Below, piece by piece: positions 7,776 through 15,947 of a DNA stretch of 35,495 nucleotides. Position numbers and translations under genes: made by a program. Each line of letters opens with the position of its first letter. The stretch's first letter is position 1. The notes beneath the pieces were generated by a model. It worked only from the letters and a program-made list of their open reading frames with translations, did no database searches and was not told the DNA's origin. The stretch is from IMG/VR virus record IMGVR_UViG_3300017544_000281, positions 1 to 35,495 of that record; one strand, written 5' to 3'. The DNA is from a virus. Taxonomy: Duplodnaviria; Caudoviricetes.

Positions 7776-8429
7776 ATGGGTTTCATGACGCCATCCGCCA
7801 CTGGCGCGGATTTCAAGACCTACGTTGCGTTCAACGCCAAGGCCGGACGCTGGTACACCAAGGACGATGGCAAGGACGAGCCGCTGTTCGAAGTCACCGA
7901 CATGACTGCGGTGTTCGACATGCCGGGCCTGCAGACGGGCTGGTTCAAGTTCACCAGTGGCGTCGCTCCGGAAAAGGTGATGGACCCGTCGTTCTCGGCA
8001 GCAGCGCCCAATCCCGGCCAGGACTTCAAGCGCGGCTTCCAGCTCGATCTCTATTCCGAGAAGAACCTGCTCGGCCTGCGCGAGTTCAGTTCCACTGCCG
8101 GCATCGTGATCGAGGCGATGAACCAGCTCTACGACCTCTGGGTAGCAGCGCCAGAGACCGCCACCGGCAAGTATCCGGTTGTCCGCTGCGTCGGTGTTAC
8201 GCCGGTCACCAACAAGCACGGCACCAACTACCAGCCGAAGTTCGAGATCGTCGGCTGGACCGATCGTCCTTCGGCGTTCGAGGATATGGGGCAGCCGCGT
8301 GCTGCACCGACACCCGTCGCCCACGCACCCGTCGCACCGGCTGCCGCAGCACCTGCCGCGCACATGCCGCCCCCGGTGGCGCCCGCGCCAGCCTCGGCAC
8401 CCGCGCCGGCCGGCGCGCCGCTATTCTGA
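7776..8429 (+). CDS. Hypothetical protein, possible ssDNA-binding or annealing protein
   Basis: Aromatic beta-rich core, Pro/Ala-rich tail ending PLF; lies between exonuclease and primase-helicase; start set at ATG 7776 after a purine-rich SD. Confidence 0.6.
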   Translation: MGFMTPSATGADFKTYVAFNAKAGRWYTKDDGKDEPLFEVTDMTAVFDMPGLQTGWFKFTSGVAPEKVMDPSFSAAAPNPGQDFKRGFQLDLYSEKNLLGLREFSSTAGIVIEAMNQLYDLWVAAPETATGKYPVVRCVGVTPVTNKHGTNYQPKFEIVGWTDRPSAFEDMGQPRAAPTPVAHAPVAPAAAAPAAHMPPPVAPAPASAPAPAGAPLF

Positions 8430-8435
8430 TCGGTC

Positions 8436-8467
8436 GGATGCCGGGCTGCTGTGGTGGCCCGGCATCC
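8436..8467 (+). other. GC-rich stem-loop upstream of the primase-helicase
   Basis: GGATGCCGGGC...GCCCGGCATCC, perfect 11-bp stem, extendable with G-U pairs. Confidence 0.55.
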
Positions 8468-8514
8468 CCCATCGGTCCCCCGTTATCCCCCAGCAGAGAG
8501 TGGTCCTGGCCGCC

Positions 8515-10725
8515 ATGGCGTGTCGCATTGAAACCGGCAGCATCGATATCGAGGCGATCAAGGACCAGTATCCGCTGGCCGAGACCGTCAGCCAGCACGT
8601 TGCCCTCAAGCGCCGTGGCCACCAGCTCGTGGGTTTGTGCCCCTTCCACATGGAGCGCACGCCCTCGTTCACCGTCTACCCGCAGGACCAGCGGTACCAC
8701 TGCTTCGGTTGCGGGGCGCATGGCGACATCTTCGATTTTCTGCAGCACCAGGAAGGCCTCGATATCCGGGCTGCGGCCGAGCGCCTGACCGGCGGAACAT
8801 TCCCCGTCATGTCGGCCGACCGCGTCGCCGAACTCCAGGCCCGCCAGGCGCGCTTCGAGGCCGAACAGGCCGAGCGGCGCAAGTCAGCGGCCGAGCAGAT
8901 GCGGCTGCGCTGGGACGCCGCCGATCCCGGCTATTCATCCCATCCGTATCTGACCGCCAAGGCCATCGGGCCGAACGGCACCCGGCTCGACCGCGAGCAT
9001 GTCCTCGTGCCGCTGTTCGACGCCGATGGCGCGCTGCGCTCGCTGCAGTCGATCGATCAGACCGGGCACAAACTGTTCGAGGCCGATCTTCCGGTGGCGG
9101 GCACGATGTTCGTCATCGGTCGACCAATCGCCGCAGCAACCGCGCCCGTTCTGGTCTGCGAAGGCTTCGCCACTGGCGCGTCGCTGCATGAAGCCACCGG
9201 CCGCACCGTCGTCGTGGCGTTCAATTCCGGCAATCTGGTGAGGGTCGCCGAGAAGCTGGTGTCGGCCCATCCCACGACCCGCTGGCAAATCGCTGGCGAT
9301 GATGACCGGCACAAGCCGACCAATGTCGGCCGCGACATGGCTTTGCAGGCCGCACGCATCCTGCGCTGTGATGCGATCTTCCCGGTTTTTCCAGAAGGTA
9401 GCGACGGCACCGACTTCAACGACATGGCCGCCCACTATGGTGCACAGGCCGTGCGCAATCTCGTGCTCGAAGGCGCATCTCCCGACGATGCGGTACCGCC
9501 ATCAGCGCAAGACGCGGGACCGCCACTGCTGACGGCCGTCGATGCCTTCGATTTCGACCCCACCCAGATTCCCGTGCGACCCTGGCTGGTGCCGGGCCTG
9601 CTGATCCGCGCTGCGACCCACGTGCTGGTCGCGCCCGGCGGCAGCGGCAAATCGCTCTTCAACCTGCAGAAAGCCATCATGCTGGCGACCGGCCTGCCGT
9701 GGGGCGAGTGGAAGCCGCGCAGCCGTTATCGCAGCCTGGTCATCAATGCCGAGGACGACATCGACGAGCAGCGCCGGCGCCTGGCGGCCGCGCTCAAGGT
9801 GATGAACCCTCCGCGCCACCTGCTCGAAGGCATGGTGCATCTGGCGGATGATCCGCACAGCCTGGTGGTCGTCCGGGTCGATCCGCGCAGCCGGCAGATG
9901 ATCACCACGCCCATGGCCGATGCGATCACGGCCTATGTCCGCGAACACCAGATCGACGTCCTGATCGTCGACCCCTTCGCTGAGACCTTCGAGGGCGACG
10001 AGAACAGCAACAGCGAGATCAAGTGGGCCATGAAGGTCTGGCGGGACATTGCGCGCGAAACGAACTGCGCGGTCGTTCTCGTCCACCACACGGTCAAACA
10101 TGCCTCTGGCGGTGCCGGCAATGCCGACATCGTACGCGGTGGCGGTGCGATCGTGAACTCGACCCGTATCAGCGCGACGCTGATGACCATGACCGAGGAC
10201 GAAGCCAAGGTCCTCGGGATCCCGGACGACGAGCGCTACCGCTACGTCCGCCACGATGACGCCAAGTCCAACTGGACCCTGAAGTCCGGCAAGGCCCGCT
10301 GGTTCGAGAAGGTCAGCGTCACCCTCGACAATGGCACGGGCCTGCTGGAGCCCGATCAGGTCGGTGCGCTCGTGCCGTGGAAGCCGCCCAGCGCCTATGC
10401 CGGGGTTGCCCTGTCACAGATCCACGCCGCGCTTGCCGCGATCGACCGTGGCCTCGCAGGCGCAGACGGCCAGCCCACCGGGGTGCTCTACACCGAGCGC
10501 ACCAACAGCGCCGAGGGCACCTCTGCCGAGCGCTGGGCAGGTCATGTTCTAGTCGATCATCTCGGGGTCGATGAGGCCCGCGCCAAGATCATTCTGAAGG
10601 ACTGGCTAGCCAACGGCGTGCTGGTCAGGACGGAGTTCACCGACCCCCGGTTCAGGAAGACCTACAAGGGCCTGAAGGTCGATCCGGCCAAGATCCCCGG
10701 CACGGATGAAGGGGGGCATTTCTGA
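8515..10725 (+). CDS. Primase-helicase (CHC2 zinc finger, Toprim, AAA_25/RepA-like helicase)
   Basis: CPFH..TPSF..HCFGCG; VCEGFATG and GDDD Toprim; DFND; APGGSGKS Walker A; IVDP; VHH. Confidence 0.9.
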   Translation: MACRIETGSIDIEAIKDQYPLAETVSQHVALKRRGHQLVGLCPFHMERTPSFTVYPQDQRYHCFGCGAHGDIFDFLQHQEGLDIRAAAERLTGGTFPVMSADRVAELQARQARFEAEQAERRKSAAEQMRLRWDAADPGYSSHPYLTAKAIGPNGTRLDREHVLVPLFDADGALRSLQSIDQTGHKLFEADLPVAGTMFVIGRPIAAATAPVLVCEGFATGASLHEATGRTVVVAFNSGNLVRVAEKLVSAHPTTRWQIAGDDDRHKPTNVGRDMALQAARILRCDAIFPVFPEGSDGTDFNDMAAHYGAQAVRNLVLEGASPDDAVPPSAQDAGPPLLTAVDAFDFDPTQIPVRPWLVPGLLIRAATHVLVAPGGSGKSLFNLQKAIMLATGLPWGEWKPRSRYRSLVINAEDDIDEQRRRLAAALKVMNPPRHLLEGMVHLADDPHSLVVVRVDPRSRQMITTPMADAITAYVREHQIDVLIVDPFAETFEGDENSNSEIKWAMKVWRDIARETNCAVVLVHHTVKHASGGAGNADIVRGGGAIVNSTRISATLMTMTEDEAKVLGIPDDERYRYVRHDDAKSNWTLKSGKARWFEKVSVTLDNGTGLLEPDQVGALVPWKPPSAYAGVALSQIHAALAAIDRGLAGADGQPTGVLYTERTNSAEGTSAERWAGHVLVDHLGVDEARAKIILKDWLANGVLVRTEFTDPRFRKTYKGLKVDPAKIPGTDEGGHF

Positions 10726-10759
10726 TGCCCGTTTTCATGCCCGCCGAGGCGCCGAAAAG

Positions 10760-10930
10760 TGCGGCAGTAGCATCGTGCTACTGCGCAAAACCACCGCAGA
10801 CCGGGTGCGGCGGTAGTAGCGGAACCCCTAAAGAAAAAACTACTACCGCAGCAGTCGCCGCAGTGGCGACGGCTACTGCTGCAGCAGTGCAGCAGTTTTC
10901 CCTTCAGGGGGTTCCGCAGCATCGTGCCGC
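10760..10930. repeat. Cluster of nested inverted repeats, candidate replication origin
   Basis: GCAGTAGCA/TGCTACTGC, GCGGTAGTAG/CTACTACCGC, GCGGAACCCC/GGGGTTCCGC and palindrome ACTGCTGCAGCAGT, directly after the primase-helicase. Confidence 0.6.
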
Positions 10931-10996
10931 GAAGCTGTCCGCCAGGCTGTCGGCCAGCACAATTTTCACACCACCGATCAACGAAAGGAGCCTCTG

Positions 10997-11539
10997 ATGA
11001 AGGGTGCGCCACCTACCCGGCATGGTCAGATCAGCGACATGCAGGTCATCATCAACTGCGTCGACCAGCGCGGTCGTGAAATGGACGAACGCTGGGGCAT
11101 CGGGCGCTTGCCCATGCTGGTGCCAATCGAGTGGGCCGAACGGTTCCACGCCCAGCACAAGCTGTTCAACGCTGCGGTGTGGGAGTTCAACCTCAAGCTC
11201 GTTCGCCAGCATGGTGAGGCGATGCTGCGGGCCTACGACAAGCTCGACCAGCTGGCCCGCGAGACGAAGGGCGAACCGCTGCCGGTCGACCAGTGGGAGT
11301 TCGAGACGGAGCAAGGCCTCGTCATTCTGGTGCGCGACCTGCGCGATACTGGCCGGGCCCAGCGCCATGGTCGCGAAGCCCAGGTCTGGGCGCTCGACGA
11401 GATCGCCAACGTCATCCGCTGCCACCCGATCCTCGCTGCCGCCAAGGACGCGTTTCCCGGCGCGCAGGTGATCAGTGTCCGGCCCAACAAGACAACCCTC
11501 CAGGAGCTCGACGACGAGCTCTCGGACATCCCGTTTTGA
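10997..11539 (+). CDS. Hypothetical protein with SSB-like acidic C-terminus
   Basis: AAGGAG SD; ends ELDDELSDIPF. Confidence 0.75.
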   Translation: MKGAPPTRHGQISDMQVIINCVDQRGREMDERWGIGRLPMLVPIEWAERFHAQHKLFNAAVWEFNLKLVRQHGEAMLRAYDKLDQLARETKGEPLPVDQWEFETEQGLVILVRDLRDTGRAQRHGREAQVWALDEIANVIRCHPILAAAKDAFPGAQVISVRPNKTTLQELDDELSDIPF

Positions 11540-11654
11540 TGGAGGCGCCGGTGTCCTGAAACCCTTCACCCCAGACCGGACGACGGTGGTCCGTACCGCC
11601 AAGCACAAAACCCCCGCCGTCCGCACCACGATCCATCCCCATTGGAGAATCATC

Positions 11655-12194
11655 ATGGATATCCTGACTCTGCCTGCGCCATCGCGCAGTGCAACCCCGC
11701 CGGCGACAAGACCGGTCACGATCTTCCGCGGCGCAATGCTGGCGCTCGACCTCGGCACCAGCACCGGTTGGGCGCTGCGGACGGGCGACGACTTCATCTC
11801 GAGCGGCACGGTGTCGTTCAGGCACAGCCGCTTCGATGGTGGCGGGATGCGGTTCCTGCGCTTCCGCCGCTGGCTCGAACAGCTCGACATCGATGCCGGG
11901 CCGATCGAGGCGGTCTACTTCGAGGAGGTGCGCCGCCATGTCGGCACCGACGCTGCGCATGTCTATGGCGGCCTGCTGGCAGTGCTGACCGCCTGGTGCG
12001 AAGAACACCTGGTCGCCTACCAGGGCGTGCCGGTGGGCACGATCAAGCGGTTCATCACCGGCAAGGGCAATGCCGACAAGGCCGCGGTCATCGATGCTGT
12101 CCGCAAGGTCGGGTTCTTCCCGGTCGATGACAACGAGGCCGATGCTATCGCCATCCTCTGCTGGGCCATCGCGACCCGTGGAGGTGTGCGATGA
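11655..12194 (+). CDS. RuvC-like Holliday junction resolvase
   Basis: LALDLG, YFEE, TIKRFITGKGNADK, DNEADA; GGAG SD before ATG 11655. Confidence 0.85.
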   Translation: MDILTLPAPSRSATPPATRPVTIFRGAMLALDLGTSTGWALRTGDDFISSGTVSFRHSRFDGGGMRFLRFRRWLEQLDIDAGPIEAVYFEEVRRHVGTDAAHVYGGLLAVLTAWCEEHLVAYQGVPVGTIKRFITGKGNADKAAVIDAVRKVGFFPVDDNEADAIAILCWAIATRGGVR

Positions 12195-12445
12195 CCAGCT
12201 GGTCCATTCTCGACCACACCGCCAAGGTTCTCGAAGAACGCCGAGACGATTACGGTGATCCCGCCGAACAGTTCAAAGCCATTGCCGATCGCTGGTCGAT
12301 CACGCTCGGGATGCCGGTGAGCCCGGCCCAGGTCGCGCTGTGCATGATCGACCTCAAGCTGACCCGGCTGACCTACGATCCGCGCCATGCCGACAGCGTG
12401 GTTGATGTCATCGGCTATGCCGCCCTGCTGCGGGAGATCGGCTGA
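12191..12445 (+). CDS. DUF6378-like small helical protein
   Basis: ERRDDYGDP..F.AIA..W, VALCMIDLKL.R, H.DS.VD.IGYAAL. Confidence 0.75.
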   Translation: MTSWSILDHTAKVLEERRDDYGDPAEQFKAIADRWSITLGMPVSPAQVALCMIDLKLTRLTYDPRHADSVVDVIGYAALLREIG

Positions 12446-12633
12446 TGGGCATGACCTCGAAAATCTACGGCCATGCCGGGCAACGCGATGGTGAACAGCT
12501 GCGCCGCGATGGTTGGCGCACCGGCATCTTCGCGGTGTCGGTCAGCGACCAGCGGCTCACCACCCTCGAGCGGGAAGCCATCCGGGCGATCGGAGAACGG
12601 CTCTACGGAGGCGCCCATGGCACGCGGCCGTAA
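12445..12633 (+). CDS. Small hypothetical protein
   Basis: TGATG coupling upstream; overlaps the next start. Confidence 0.6.
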   Translation: MGMTSKIYGHAGQRDGEQLRRDGWRTGIFAVSVSDQRLTTLEREAIRAIGERLYGGAHGTRP

Positions 12634-13189
12634 ACGGAAAGCAGGCCGACGGCTGCCTTGCGGAAAGCGCCCGCGAGAGGAAAGCCAGCGCGATGCCATG
12701 GCCACGGTGCTGGAGGCCCGGCAGCGACACTACGGCGTCACACCCACCCAGGCGAAGGACGATCGCCTGGGCACGGCGCTGGGAAGGTTGGCATTCGCCG
12801 GGCTTATCGATGCAGACCAGTACACGGCCGGTCAGATCTACGGCGAGATCATGGCCCGCAACCGCGCGGTGATGGGCTTGCCGATGGATCAGCCGCGGTC
12901 GGTGACGGCCCTGCTGATCAATGAGGGGATCTTCGGTGGCGGTGCGCCGGATCATGATCCGGACCTGATCCAGAAGGTTCGCAGGCAGGCCGCCAGTGCG
13001 ATCCTGATGCTGCGAACCGCAGACAGTGACGCCCCCGGTACTGTCGGGCGCAAGCCCAGTGTCCTCGTCCATGCTGTGGTGCGCCATGATGCCGAGGCCT
13101 TGCAGTGGTCGCCAGCCGATCTGCACAACCTTGGCCATGGCCTGGATGCGTTGTGCCGGCTGTTCCGAGTTCGGAGGGACAGTTCGTGA
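12617..13189 (+). CDS. Hypothetical protein, possible late-transcription regulator
   Basis: GGAGG SD; basic N-terminus; last gene before the AT-rich late promoter (function inferred from position only). Confidence 0.55.
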   Translation: MARGRKRKAGRRLPCGKRPREESQRDAMATVLEARQRHYGVTPTQAKDDRLGTALGRLAFAGLIDADQYTAGQIYGEIMARNRAVMGLPMDQPRSVTALLINEGIFGGGAPDHDPDLIQKVRRQAASAILMLRTADSDAPGTVGRKPSVLVHAVVRHDAEALQWSPADLHNLGHGLDALCRLFRVRRDSS

Positions 13190-13220
13190 CCAGATTACCT
13201 TGGCTGGCAAGTGAAGTAAC

Positions 13221-13284
13221 AAACTGAATTTATTGGAGTATTGTTCAGTTTATTGTTGACGAGACTATGCCGACGGCATAGTGT
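13221..13284 (+). promoter_or_regulatory. Putative late promoter TTGACG-N17-TAGTGT with two inverted repeats
   Basis: -35 at 13256-13261, -10 at 13279-13284; ACTATGCCG-A-CGGCATAGT (13264-13282); AAACTGAA-N15-TTCAGTTT (13221-13251). Confidence 0.6.
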
Positions 13285-13358
13285 TCCGAAATTCGAGAAT
13301 TCAGAACTGCGCCCGGAGCCCACCAGCTTCCGGGCGTTGTTCGTTTCAGGCGTTGCGC

Positions 13359-13625
13359 ATGGCTGAACGGCAACGGGGACGTCGGGCAGTAGCGCAGCGT
13401 CTGCGACGATTGCGTGCCGAGCCGCTCTGCCGGGACTGCGCCGCCAGGGGCGTTGTTCGCGAGGCCACCGTTCCCGACCACATCGTTCCTCTCGCTCATG
13501 GCGGGTCGGACGAGGACAGCAACATCCGCTGCCTCTGTGCCGACTGCCACCAGGTCCGCACGGCCGAGCAGTTCGGGCTTCGCAGGACGGTCGGCACCGG
13601 CCCCGATGGCTGGCCGATCGGTTGA
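13359..13625 (+). CDS. HNH endonuclease (terminase-associated, HK97 gp74-like)
   Basis: PLCRDC...DHIVPL..GG....N...LC..CH motif upstream of the packaging genes. Confidence 0.88.
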   Translation: MAERQRGRRAVAQRLRRLRAEPLCRDCAARGVVREATVPDHIVPLAHGGSDEDSNIRCLCADCHQVRTAEQFGLRRTVGTGPDGWPIG

Positions 13626-13720
13626 TCCCCCCGGGGGGAGGTCGAAAGGCTGGGGCCTCGGGAGGGGAAACCGCGCCTGGCCCAAACTTTTCACGCCCGC
13701 GAGTTAGCGACCGGGGGTGC
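13626..13720. other. Probable cos (cohesive end) region
   Basis: G/C runs (CCCCCCGGGGGG) immediately after the HNH gene, the usual cos position in HNH/P27-TerS phages; the cut site cannot be assigned. Confidence 0.45.
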
Positions 13721-13810
13721 GGGTCGGCAAAGTGACGGAAAACCGTCTATTTGACTGGATAGTGCCTCCGAACAGAGCGTTAGTCGTCTCCGCCAACCAC
13801 GGAGACTGAC

Positions 13811-14176
13811 ATGCCCAACTCGACCCTTCCGACCCGCAACGAAGCCTGGGGTTTCTACGGCTCGACCGCCGGGTTCACGGATGCGGACGCAGCGTGGGGC
13901 ATCGCCTTTCCCGAGGTTACGAAGGCCACCGGCGCCACCGCCGAAGGGGTTCGGGACTTTCTCGATAGCCGCCACGGCCGCCACTTCGCCGACGATGTGC
14001 ATAACGGGATCCACGCCGGTCTCGATCTCGAGGCGGCGATCGACGCCGCTATCACCCGCTGGATGGGCTGGACCATCAGCCGCACCACATCGCGCGAAAC
14101 CGGCATTCCAAAGGGGCTGCCCTACCTGACCGGCTTCGTGACCCACTTCGCAATCGAGGCCGAACAGGCCGACTGA
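13811..14176 (+). CDS. Hypothetical protein (moron-like)
   Basis: GGAG SD; WGFYG and RDFLDSRHGRHFADD segments; has its own upstream non-coding region. Confidence 0.75.
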   Translation: MPNSTLPTRNEAWGFYGSTAGFTDADAAWGIAFPEVTKATGATAEGVRDFLDSRHGRHFADDVHNGIHAGLDLEAAIDAAITRWMGWTISRTTSRETGIPKGLPYLTGFVTHFAIEAEQAD

Positions 14177-14211
14177 CGGCGCCGACAGCGGCGCTCACCC
14201 AAAGGAGCGCC

Positions 14212-15501
14212 ATGTCCAAGGAATGGCCGGCCCAGAACAGTGAGTTCTGGCCTATAGAAAAGATCACGCCTTACGCGCGCAATTCCCGCACCCACTCCGA
14301 CGAACAGGTCGCGCAGATCGCGGCCTCGATCCGCGAATGGGGCTGGACCAACCCGGTGCTGGTCGACGAGGACGGCGGACTGATCGCCGGTCACGGCCGC
14401 CTGCTGGCGGCGCGCAAGCTGGGCCTGACGCAGATCCCGACCATGGTCGCCAAGGGCTGGAGTGAGGCCCAGAAGAAGGCCTACGTCATCGCGGACAACA
14501 AGCTGGCGCTGAACGCTGGCTGGGACCTCGACCTGCTCGCGGTCGAACTAGGCGACCTGCAAGGTTTCGATTTCGACCTTATGCTGACGGGGTTCTCGGA
14601 CGACGAGCTGTCGAAGCTGCTGGCCGAGAAGACCGAGGGCCTGACCGATCCGGACGAGATCCCGGAAGCCCCGATCGAGCCTGTCGCCAAACCTGGCGAT
14701 GTCTGGCTGCTCGGCAAGCACCGGCTGGCGTGCGGAGACAGCACTGATGCCGACACCGTGGCCAAGGCGTTGAACGGCATCACGCCGCACCTGATGGTCA
14801 CCGATCCACCCTACGGCGTGGAATATGACCCGGCCTGGCGCGAGAAAGCAGGCGTCGCTGCCAGCGGCTCGGCCAAGGGCAAGGTGCTCAACGACGACAA
14901 GGCCGACTGGCGCGAAGCATGGGCACTGTTCCCGGGCGACGTCGCTTATGTCTGGCATGCCGGCCTGTTTGCCGGCGTGGTCGGCGATAGCCTTGCCGCC
15001 AGCGGTTTCCAGCTCCGCTCCCAGATCATCTGGGACAAGGGCCAGCTGGTTCTATCCCGCGGCGACTACCACTGGGAACATGAGCCCTGCTGGTATGCCG
15101 TAAAGAAGGGCGCGAAGGGTCACTGGGCGGGCGACCGCAAACAGACGACCGTCTGGCACATCGCAAAGCCCAAGAAGAACGAGACGGGTCATGGGACCCA
15201 AAAGCCGGTCGAGTGCATGAAGCGCCCGATCGAGAACAATTCCAGTCCCGGCCAGGCGGTCTATGAGCCGTTCTCAGGCTCGGGCACCACGATCATTGCC
15301 GGCGAAATGACCGGCCGTTCGGTCCACGCGATCGAGCTCAACCCGGCCTATGTCGACGTGACCATCAAGCGCTGGCAGGACTTCACCGGCTTGGCAGCAA
15401 CCCTCGAGAGTAACGGCCGGGCATTCGATGAAATCGCCGGGATCGTCAGCAGCGATGGTTCCGCCAGTACCGATCCCACCGCAGAGCCCAGCCACCCCTG
15501 A
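14212..15501 (+). CDS. ParB-like domain fused to an N6-A/N4-C DNA methyltransferase
   Basis: PYARNSRTHS..SIREWGW..IAGHGR ParB-like domain; DPPY; HGTQKP; EPFSGSGTT. Confidence 0.9.
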   Translation: MSKEWPAQNSEFWPIEKITPYARNSRTHSDEQVAQIAASIREWGWTNPVLVDEDGGLIAGHGRLLAARKLGLTQIPTMVAKGWSEAQKKAYVIADNKLALNAGWDLDLLAVELGDLQGFDFDLMLTGFSDDELSKLLAEKTEGLTDPDEIPEAPIEPVAKPGDVWLLGKHRLACGDSTDADTVAKALNGITPHLMVTDPPYGVEYDPAWREKAGVAASGSAKGKVLNDDKADWREAWALFPGDVAYVWHAGLFAGVVGDSLAASGFQLRSQIIWDKGQLVLSRGDYHWEHEPCWYAVKKGAKGHWAGDRKQTTVWHIAKPKKNETGHGTQKPVECMKRPIENNSSPGQAVYEPFSGSGTTIIAGEMTGRSVHAIELNPAYVDVTIKRWQDFTGLAATLESNGRAFDEIAGIVSSDGSASTDPTAEPSHP

Positions 15502-15880
15502 CCATTGCGCAGGACAGGTCGCCGGACCGCGGTGACACGCACCAGGCCGCAGTCCGCGAGCCACCGGCACTGCCTTCGGAACGGCAGGTCATCGCCGGAC
15601 CACTGACCAGGATATGTCCCTCCCGGGAGACACCGATCGGGCGCCCGACCAGACTGACGAGCGCATCGCGCGCCTCTTCGGCCGATGCCTGCGGACAAGG
15701 TTGATTGGCCCGGCAAGTACCGTCCATCTCGCGCGCGGCAATGCCGGACAGGCGGATACGCGGTCCCTCGGCACACCAGATCGGCCCGTCGCCGTCCCAC
15801 ACCCGAGTCGGCGTGCAGGTGAATGTCTGGCCAGAAGGCGCGGTGGCGGCAGCAGCAGCGAAGAGCAGAATTCCAAAAAT
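15446..15880 (-). CDS. Thermonuclease (SNase-like) family protein with signal peptide; start codon uncertain (ATT 15880?)
   Basis: VWDGD, RIRLSGIAARE, LSCAMVRGGWA; hydrophobic N-terminus; AAGGA SD 8 nt before ATT. Confidence 0.7.
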   Translation of the reverse strand: MFGILLFAAAAATAPSGQTFTCTPTRVWDGDGPIWCAEGPRIRLSGIAAREMDGTCRANQPCPQASAEEARDALVSLVGRPIGVSREGHILVSGPAMTCRSEGSAGGSRTAAWCVSPRSGDLSCAMVRGGWALRWDRYWRNHRC

Positions 15881-15947
15881 CGTCGTGGTCCTTGGTGTCG
15901 GAGGTGGGAGCGAACTGATCCCGACGCATAGTTGAAGGACATGCGCC

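Noticed and set aside
8179-8514. N-terminal extension of the primase-helicase in the ORF track
   Set aside because: Overlaps the upstream gene and hairpin; the zinc-finger domain begins just after ATG 8515.
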